This document shows positions 54,974 to 64,000 of a stretch of 64,000 nt of DNA, piece by piece. Within the stretch, counting starts at the first letter, position 1, and each line of letters opens with the position of its first letter. Under the pieces are notes generated by a model, which ran no database searches, had not been told where the DNA came from, and saw only the letters and a program-made list of their open reading frames with translations. The translations under genes and the position numbers were made by a program. This DNA is from Neocallimastix sp. 'constans' (Eukaryota), in assembly GCA_050613775.1 (NCBI GenBank), contig JBODTK010000108.1, positions 434,001-498,000 of the forward strand. Reading direction: 5' to 3'.

Positions 54974-56032
54974 TATAGTAAATTTATAATATTAAAAATA
55001 TTTTAAAAAAATTTTTTTTTTTAAAAAAAAAAACAATTTTTAAATCCATGATTTAAAATCTATAATTATCAAATTAATCTAATTCTAAATAACTTTATAT
55101 TTCTATTTTAATAAAAGAAGAAATAATTTTTGATATAATATGATGATACATAAACTATCAACATTAAATACGTAACTTCTTAAATTCCTCTAAACTTTAT
55201 AGAATTAGTAAATTAATTAATTTAATATTGACCCTTTAAACTTGTTATTTTAATTATTTTTTTTTTAAATAACTTATTATATGTTGCAATATTATTTAAT
55301 ATATTTCAATAGTTTTAAAAAATTAAGAGAAATAATTTTGTATTATATAGACATATCAAATTTAGAGGAATTTAGAACAATATATAAATTTGATAGAGAT
55401 ACCTCATGAATTATTATATAACTAATTAATATAAGTCATTTTTATATTAAATTGGTTCATAAACTACATAGAAATATAACGAAATAAAAGAAAAAATAAT
55501 ATGAAATAATATGTTTATATTAAAATATTACATAAATTATATATATATATATATATATATTTTATTTTTATTTTGTTTTATTTTTTTTTTTTTAATATTA
55601 TTATTAAAAATAGTACATAAACTTTATTACTATTATTATTTTAAATTTAAATTTTTTTTTTTTATTTAAAAAAATTGAAATTATTAAATGAATGGTTGGG
55701 TTTAGATTAATGTTTTATGTATTGTAAGTATTATAGAATAATAAATTATTATATAATATATTATGATTTATTGTTATTATCATTATTTTTATTATTATAA
55801 TTATGAATATTTTTATTATTATTATAATCAATACATAAACTTTATTATTTTTTTTTTATATTAAGGTTAAATAAAACATTAAGAATTTTAATTTTTGGAT
55901 AAACATTCCAAAAATATTTCCCTTCAGTTTATTTAATTTTATTTATTTAATTATTTTTATTTATTTAACTATTTTTATTTATCTAATTATTTTTTTATTA
56001 TTTTTATTTTATGATCTATAATTATTATTTTA

Positions 56033-56070
<38 letters not shown>

Positions 56071-56605
56071 AATTTATTATTTCTTTTGTAACTTTAAAAA
56101 TCTGTTCATATTTTTAATTTTTCATTAATACTAATTAATGGTGAATTATGAATTATATAATTAATATATATTTTATTTAATAATCTTATAGATTATGAAT
56201 TACATTATGAAATATAAAATAATAAAATAATGAAAAAAGAAATTTACATGTATATATTTATATTATATTTTATAAGTTGCATTTTTCATTAAAAACTCCT
56301 TTTTAAATATTGAATTATTTTTATTAAAAAAATTAGAAAAAATAAAAATTTTTTTTATTCGAAAAATAATAAATAAGTAAATAAATAAATAAGTAAATAA
56401 ATAAATAAGTAAATGAATTAATAAATAAATAGAATATAGCAAATAAAGTAAATAAAACAAATAAAACTTTATACTCTATCTTTTATATCTATAGTACGTT
56501 TGCCACCTCATTAACAGTATTTATTGTACTACATTTATTTATTACAATTACTATTATTTTTTATATAATTCTTAATATAATATAGTGTAATAATTGCATA
56601 GAAAA

Positions 56606-56636
<31 letters not shown>

Positions 56637-57699
56637 TATAAACTACATTTGGCGAATACATAATGATGTCTTTCAAATAATATAGAATAAATGTAAATTT
56701 AAACTTATGATATTAATTGTTTCTTTTTTTTTTTTTTTTTTTTTTTTTGATTGCTATATTTCTTGATCTTAGTCTTTTATAAATTAATTATCATATTACA
56801 TTATTAGTATAAACAACATTATTTATTTATTTATTTTTATTTTTTATTATTATTATTTTTTTTTTTTTTTAAATTATACTATTAAATGAAAAGTATGACT
56901 AGAAGAATTTTGAATTATTTCCCTAAAATTTAAACTTTATTTATCATATCAACCTAAAAAACTAAATTTCATCTTTATGCATCATAATTCTTTATATTTT
57001 AGAATTTTGTTATATTAATCATAATTTATCCATTATAAACAAAAATATTTATTATCAATTATCTATGAGGTATGGTCCATCAATGCATAATCATTTATAT
57101 ATAAATTTATTTACTTTCTTATGATTAGTAACATTTTAAAAAAAAAAAATTTAAAATTAAATTATAAAATATTATAAATTTATTAATGATATACTTATTA
57201 AACTAATTTATATAGAGTATATATTTTTTTTTCATTGATTTTAAAAATAAGTTTTTTTTTTTTTTTTTTTTCGTCATTATTATTAATCTTTATAGTATGT
57301 TGTGTAATAGGAGTGAGTAAATAAAGTAATATTACAAAAAAAAATATTAAATCATGGTAGAAATAAAAAGTATTCTAAACTCTTCCAATAATTGAAATAA
57401 TGAATTTATAATTGATAATTTTTTTTAAAAAAAAATTATATATATATATATATATATAAATATATATATAAAAAAAAAATAACAATTAAAATAGTTTTTC
57501 CTGTCTTTATTTATTTATTTATTTATTAATTTATTAACTATTTATTTATTATTATTGTTATTATTATTATCATTTTTATATCATGATCCTCGAATTCCGA
57601 TATAATCCTATTTTATAAACTTTAAATTAAAAAGTTAATAATAATAATTATAATAATAAAAAGAATAAAAAAAAAAAAAATTGTACATTTTGATTAAAA

Positions 57700-57730
<31 letters not shown>

Positions 57731-58234
57731 ATTTATTTAAATTTTTAAAATTCTAAAATTGTTAATTACAATATTTTTTTTTTTTTTTTTTTTGTTATTT
57801 GATGATGGTTTATTATTATTAAAAATTTATTATATATTTAATATACAGAAAAGAAAAATTCATTAGAATGAAAAAATTTCTCTTTTCTTTTTAAATTTTT
57901 AATCTCCTTTATTATTATTAACATTATTACCATTAACATTAACATTATTATTTATATATTTATTTAGTATTTTTTAATTATTCATTAAAGATATCATTTC
58001 TATCATTTCAGTAATTAATTATTCAAAATAATTATTAAAAATTTACAAGAAGTTAGAAATATTAAAATATTATCTTATATATTCATAAAATATATTACTT
58101 TTAATTAATATTAAATGATATATTGTTAAATTCATTTATTCAGAAAACATTAACATTAAAAAAGTTTATAAAATAAAAATATTCAAAAAAAAAAAAAAAT
58201 TTTTAAATAGAATTTAATATAAAAAAAAAAAAAA

Positions 58235-59428
58235 ATGAAACTTTTACAATATCTATATATTATTCCTTTAATAGTGAAAGCCTATACTTCTACTACTACT
58301 ACTACTACTAAACCAGGTAAATGTGGTCAAGGGGTAAGCTGTCCCCCAGGATATTGTTGTAGTGAATATGGTTATTGTGGAACCACCGATGACCATTGTG
58401 GTACCGGATGTCAACCAAAATATGGTACTTGTAAATCTCACAGCATTTCATTAGATGGTCGTTGTGGACCAGAATATGGTGGTAAATCTTGTTCCAACGG
58501 AGAATGTTGTAGTGTTCATGGTTGGTGTGGAAGTGATGATGATTATTGTGGATCAGGTTGTCAGAAGGCCTATGGCCAATGCTCCTCTTCCCCCACCAGA
58601 TCGATTTCATCCGATGGTCGTTGTGGTCAAAGTTATGGAAAGAAATCATGTCCAGAGGGTCAATGCTGTAGTAAATATGGTTGGTGTGGTACCGGTGCTA
58701 CTTATTGTAGTAATAATTGTCAAAGTGACTATGGACTCTGCTATTCCTCCTCTCAGAGTAAAAAAATAGGAAGTAGTACTGTTGGTATTAAAGTTTTTGA
58801 AAAATGTTTAAATAAAAAGCATTGGGCCCTTACATTTGATGATGGTCCCTATATGTACGATGAATATCTTTTAGATTTTCTTAAAACGCATGGGGTGAAG
58901 GCCACCTTCTTCGTTAACGGAAATAATGTCATGAATATTAATAGTAGCCAGGGTAAAAGAATTATTAAAAGGATGTACAATGAAGGTCACGAAATTGGAA
59001 GTCATACCTATCATCATGTCAATCTTAATAAACAATCGAAAGCAGAAATAGAAAATCAAATGAAATTACTGGAAGGGGCTCTTGAAAATATTATTGGCGT
59101 CAAACCTGCATTTGTGAGACCACCTTACGGATCAGGATGTTCTAATTCCACCGTGGTGAATACCCTTGGAAATCTTGGATATACCGGGGTAATTATGTGG
59201 AATGTGGATACCTTGGATTGGAGTAATAGTGGTGATATTGACTATGCCATTTCACAATTTAGACAGCATCTCGGGGAACCCATTATTTCATTGAGTCATT
59301 GTTTCTATGAGACGATAACAAGAGATCGAGTTTTAAATCTTGTTCGAGCTGAAATTGATTATATGAAAGATAAAGGATATAAATTAGTTACGATGTCGGA
59401 ATGTGTTGGTCGTAAAGCCTATCAATAA
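58235..59428 (+). CDS. Secreted chitin/polysaccharide deacetylase: signal peptide + 3 CBM18 + CE4 (NodB) domain
   Basis: Three hevein-like CG...C...CCSxxGxCG...C...CQ..YG.C modules; CE4 motifs TFDDGP, HTYHH, RPPYG, DTLDW, LSH. Confidence 0.95.
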   Translation: MKLLQYLYIIPLIVKAYTSTTTTTTKPGKCGQGVSCPPGYCCSEYGYCGTTDDHCGTGCQPKYGTCKSHSISLDGRCGPEYGGKSCSNGECCSVHGWCGSDDDYCGSGCQKAYGQCSSSPTRSISSDGRCGQSYGKKSCPEGQCCSKYGWCGTGATYCSNNCQSDYGLCYSSSQSKKIGSSTVGIKVFEKCLNKKHWALTFDDGPYMYDEYLLDFLKTHGVKATFFVNGNNVMNINSSQGKRIIKRMYNEGHEIGSHTYHHVNLNKQSKAEIENQMKLLEGALENIIGVKPAFVRPPYGSGCSNSTVVNTLGNLGYTGVIMWNVDTLDWSNSGDIDYAISQFRQHLGEPIISLSHCFYETITRDRVLNLVRAEIDYMKDKGYKLVTMSECVGRKAYQ

Positions 59429-59587
59429 ATAAAGTAGAATAAAATAAAATAAAAAAACGAAAAAATAAAAAAATAAAAATAAAAAAAAAAAAAAATTGAA
59501 AAAAAAATTAAAAAAATAAAAAATAAAATAAAATAATAAAAAATACAATAAAATTATTTATTTAATTATTAAATTAAAAATTAATAA

Positions 59588-59628
<41 letters not shown>

Positions 59629-60026
59629 GCATATATATTTATTTAAATATTCAATAATTAAAAATATTATATAATAATTAATAATATTAATAATAATAAA
59701 TACATATATATTTATTTAAATATTCAATAATTAAAAATATTATATAATAATAATAATAATAATAATAAATATTTCTTTGTTTAATAATATATCAGTAAAA
59801 AATAAATAAAAAAAAAAAAAAAACAAAAAAAAAAAAAAATCAATACAATAAAAAAGAGAGAGAAAATAAAAAGTAATAAGAATAATAATAATCATAGTAG
59901 TATTAAAAAATAAAAAAAAAAAAAATCAATTTATTAATTTACTAAAAATCCCAATTAATATTTAAAAATTTTAATTAAATTAACTACCTTATTTAATAAA
60001 AGAACATATTCACATTAAAAATACAA

Positions 60027-60057
<31 letters not shown>

Positions 60058-60088
60058 AAATTAAGCAAATTAATTAAAAATAAATATA

Positions 60089-60119
<31 letters not shown>

Positions 60120-60222
60120 AAATAAAAAAAATAAAACTAAAAATAAAACTTAAAAATAAAACTAAAAACAATAAAAAAAAAGAAAAAAAAAATTTTTTTA
60201 ATCAAAATGTACAATTTTTTAT

Positions 60223-60255
<33 letters not shown>

Positions 60256-60784
60256 ATTATATATAAGTTCATAAATGATTTAATATATATATATTAATCT
60301 GATTTTCAATGATAATTTGAGTTTGAAATATATATCATTAGCTATAAATAAAAAAAAAAAGAAAAAAATTTAAAACCTATGTTATTAATTTGTCCTTAAA
60401 TATTTAAAGTATTTATATATATATATATATATGAATATTTTATGAAAATTATTCTAAAAAGATTAACGACAACTAATATCAGTTATTTATAAATAATAAA
60501 TAAAAATGAAATAAAATATTTTATAATTTTTTTTTTCTTTATTATTTTTTAATATTATTGATTTTATTATTATTATTTTTTTTTTTTTATTATCGTCAAT
60601 ACTTTATTAAAGATGAATGCTTAAAAGTATTTAATTGTTAATAATTGTAAGAATATTTATTATTTTTATTGTACTTATTGAAAATTAGTACTATAAATGT
60701 ATATATATAAAATTTGGACTATCTTTTTTTAAATAGATAAAAGTAGGGTTTGAATAGAATTACAATTTCAACTTAATTTCAAAG

Positions 60785-60821
60785 TCTAAATTTTAAATTT
60801 TAAATTCTAAATTCTAAATTC

Positions 60822-60856
<35 letters not shown>

Positions 60857-60945
60857 CAAATTCCAAATTCCAAATTCCAAATTTCACATTTCACATTTCA
60901 AATTCAAATTTCAAATTTCGAATTTCGTATTTCGAATTTCAAATT
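60785..60945. repeat. 7-bp tandem repeat with ordered variant blocks
   Basis: AAATTTT > AAATTCT > AAATTCC > ACATTTC > AAATTTC/GAATTTC. Confidence 0.85.
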
Positions 60946-61574
60946 TTTGATTTAATTTTAATTTATATATCTTTTTATTTTTTTTTTTTTTTTCATTATA
61001 TCTATTTTTACTCTTACATTAATTTTATTATTATTAGTATTATTATTATTGTTATTATTATCATTTTATTTTTATTATTTTTTTATGATTATTGTCTGTA
61101 TATGTATAAATACAAATATATTGATATATTGATATCTATTCTTTCATATTGCTTATTGCCTTAAAATATATTCATAAAATAGTTTTATATATAAATTAAT
61201 TGAAATTTCGAAACTACTATGAGAATTTTTTCACTTTATCTTCACATTGATATATATACATGTATTTTTAAAATTGAAGTTAAGATAATTTTAGTTTTAA
61301 CATTATTAAATTATTGAAAACTACATTAAATTTTTATTTTGAATTACAAAAAAAAAAAAAAAAAAAAAAAAATAAAAATAAAAATAAAAATAAAAATAAA
61401 ATAATTTGTTGATTTTATAAAAATAAAATAAAATAATTTGTTGATTCTATTTAAAAAAAAAATTAATAATTTAAATACTGTTTATTATTTTATTGTTAAA
61501 ATAATAATATATATTAATGTTTTCCTATTTTTTTTTTTTTTTTTTTTCTGTTTTTATAATCTGAAATGTAGGAG

Positions 61575-62165
61575 TTATTCTTTTATAAATACACCAAATG
61601 TCGTTTCATTGGAAGGGTCATCTTCAATATTTTCTGCAACTAAATTTAAACCTACAGCCTCACCAGCATTTTTACGACAAATAACAGCATAATTATCTGG
61701 ATATTTGTTTTCTGATAAATCCTTTGCGGCTTTGGCCTGATCTCCTACTTCCAATTCTGATAACCATGAAAATTCTTTATTCCTTCGATTTTTGGTTTGT
61801 TTTAGTGCTTGTGGATGCGACATCACAACAGAACAGTCCTTTATATCCCCTTTACAAAATAGGCAATGGTGTATGGGTATGGTGATGGTATCAATACATT
61901 TTGGATTGATAGTTTTTAAGGCTTCTTTGGTTTCTTGAACTTCTCCCGCTAACGAATTTTTAATTGCTACCACTCCAATATTAATTTTTTCTTTAATTAA
62001 ATCGTCAAATACATCTTTGGAATTTAGGAGAGGAATAAATTCATAAGAATTATTATTTTCTTTAGTATTATTACGACAATTATGATTACAACTATTATTT
62101 AAATAATAAGATTTTGCTGCAGCTTCTGAGTTGCTTCCTATATCTCCTTGATAACCAACTTTCAT
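61575..62165 (-). CDS. Stand-alone prephenate dehydratase (PDT) catalytic-domain protein, no ACT domain
   Basis: VGYQGDIGSNSEAAA, GVVAIKNSLAGEV, IPIHHCL, VMSHPQALKQT, LVAENIEDDPSNETTF match the PheA PDT domain; stop follows 6 residues later. Confidence 0.88.
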   Translation of the reverse strand: MKVGYQGDIGSNSEAAAKSYYLNNSCNHNCRNNTKENNNSYEFIPLLNSKDVFDDLIKEKINIGVVAIKNSLAGEVQETKEALKTINPKCIDTITIPIHHCLFCKGDIKDCSVVMSHPQALKQTKNRRNKEFSWLSELEVGDQAKAAKDLSENKYPDNYAVICRKNAGEAVGLNLVAENIEDDPSNETTFGVFIKE

Positions 62166-62193
62166 ATTTTTTTTTTGTTTTATTATTATTATA

Positions 62194-62235
<42 letters not shown>

Positions 62236-62480
62236 TAATTTTTTTGAATTTATATAAGTAATATATATATATATTTATATGTATTAAATAGATAAATAAA
62301 TATATTAGTTTAATAGATAAAATAAATAAAAAATATTAAAAAGCTTTTTATTTTTATTTTTATTTTTATTTTTTTTTTTTATTTGTGTGTGTGTGTTTAA
62401 AGCCAGCTTTTTTAATAGAATAAAAAAAAAAAAAAAAAAAAAAGTTAACTATTAAATAATTTAAGATATCAAAAAAAAAA

Positions 62481-62517
<37 letters not shown>

Positions 62518-62684
62518 AGATATTAAATTATATATAGCATATATATTATTTATTTTTAATTAATTATTAATAACTATTAATTATTTATTAAATAATAGAA
62601 TTAATATAAAAAATAGAATGGTATAAAAAAAAAAAAAAAAATTAAAAAAAAAAAAAATTTTTTTTTATTCTTTTTATATACCAA

Positions 62685-62717
<33 letters not shown>

Positions 62718-63092
62718 TTATTTTTCATATAAGTGCTTCAGAAATTAAAATTATTTTATAATTTTAATTTAAAAATGTAAAATAAAATAAAAAAAAAATA
62801 AAAATAAAAATAAATTTAAAACGAAACGAAGCGAAAAGAAACAAAACAAAATAAAATAAATAAAAAAAAAAAAATAACAAAATTAAATACAATAAATAGT
62901 GTTATAAATGTGAATTATTTATTATAAATTATTTATATTTTTCAAAAAATAAAAAGAAAAAAAATAAGAATAAGAATAGGAATAAGAGTAAAAATAGGAA
63001 TAAAAATAAAAATAAAAATAAAAATAAAAATAAAAATAAGAATTAATTGGTAAAAAAAATAATAGTAAATTAAGTATATATATATTATATAA

Positions 63093-64000
63093 ATGGATTT
63101 TGAAGAATTTCTAAATTCTTTTTTAAAAGATATAACTAATGATAATTATGACTGCTTAAATCAGATAGATCATTTTAAAGAATTAATAGAAAAGAACTTT
63201 GGAGAAAAAGGTGATGAAGAAAATATAGTTACATTCATAAACAATTTGACTGAAATCATCGTTCAAAAACAAAATGATTTTAAATTAATTGAATCCATTT
63301 TAAATAAGGAATTGTTTAGTCGAGTGCTTAGTAAATTCAAAGAAAGTCATGTGTTGATAGAAGTTTGTAAAAATGGTAATGAAGAAGCCGCAAAGTGGCT
63401 TCTAACTTTGGATATAAATACCTGTACTCAGGATGAAAAAGGTATGACAGCATTAATGTATGCTGTGAAGCATGATGAATTATTATCCTTTGTTGAAACA
63501 TTATTAGATAGAGGGGATGATAGTATTAATATGGAAGACGGTAATGGTGAAACGGCCTTATTTCATTGTATATATAATATGGAAATTTTAAATAAGGTTG
63601 CCAATAGTCCCGTTGTCGATATTAACCATTTAAATAAAAATGAGGATAATGTTCTTCTTTATTGTTGTAAACAAGATATTTTAGAACCAATAAAAATATT
63701 GGCTTACAGTAAAATTGATGTCAATAAAATTGATAGTGAGGGTAAAATGGCATCCATGTATTTAGTGGATCATGGTAGATATCATGAAATTGAATTAATT
63801 GCCGGTAGTAAAACAGATTTTGACTATAGAACTAAAAATGATGAAACGGTATTATCCATACTGATAAAAAACATCTATAAATTAAATGGTACTGATGATC
63901 CCAATGCCATTATTCCCTACATTAAAATATTTATGATTCTGGTACAGATGGATTGTAATTTTAATATTTCAATTGATGAGGAAGGAAATACTCCCTTAAT
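63093..64000 (+). CDS. Ankyrin-repeat protein, paralogue 3 (3'-truncated by window; absent from ORF track)
   Basis: Open frame MDFEEFLNSF...QDEKGMTALMYAVK...IIPYIKIFMILVQMDCNFNISIDEEGNTPL, closest to paralogue 1 (IIPYIKIVLILVQMNCDFNIAIDEEGNTPL). Confidence 0.92.
   Translation, partial: MDFEEFLNSFLKDITNDNYDCLNQIDHFKELIEKNFGEKGDEENIVTFINNLTEIIVQKQNDFKLIESILNKELFSRVLSKFKESHVLIEVCKNGNEEAAKWLLTLDINTCTQDEKGMTALMYAVKHDELLSFVETLLDRGDDSINMEDGNGETALFHCIYNMEILNKVANSPVVDINHLNKNEDNVLLYCCKQDILEPIKILAYSKIDVNKIDSEGKMASMYLVDHGRYHEIELIAGSKTDFDYRTKNDETVLSILIKNIYKLNGTDDPNAIIPYIKIFMILVQMDCNFNISIDEEGNTPL

Noticed and set aside
58308..59059. Overlapping small ORFs in the deacetylase (also within Sel1 and ankyrin genes)
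   Set aside because: Alternate-frame or antisense shadows of real CDSs.

Overview
Extremely AT-rich eukaryotic DNA with short GT-AG introns, long homopolymers and microsatellites. Composition and gene content (CBM18-CE4, intronless ankyrin paralogues, chromoviral Ty3/gypsy) fit an anaerobic gut fungus (Neocallimastigomycota); this is inferred, not proven. Intact genes: 3' part of an ABCA transporter, a two-exon Sel1-repeat protein, a five-exon Kin4-like Ser/Thr kinase with an acidic repeat tail, an intron-containing tRNA-Ile(TAT), three paralogous ankyrin genes (the last runs off the window), a secreted 3xCBM18 + CE4 deacetylase, and a stand-alone prephenate dehydratase domain. Two accessory regions stand out. 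(1) 13.8-22.2 kb: nested Mutator-type MITEs with TSDs, next to a ~6 kb segment bracketed by related TIR-like ends. That segment holds a decayed family-B DNA polymerase, a frameshifted gene (dibasic site, hydrophobic peptide, Asn-heptad coiled coil, Ser/Thr-rich region, B-lectin-like domain) and an ankyrin pseudogene, possibly a relic of a large DNA virus or large mobile element. (2) 35.7-42.2 kb: Ty3/gypsy remnants, including a 774-bp TG...CA element made mostly of ~285-bp inverted arms, sitting where a 3' LTR belongs and just upstream of the tRNA. Most short ORFs in the supplied track are low-complexity artefacts.
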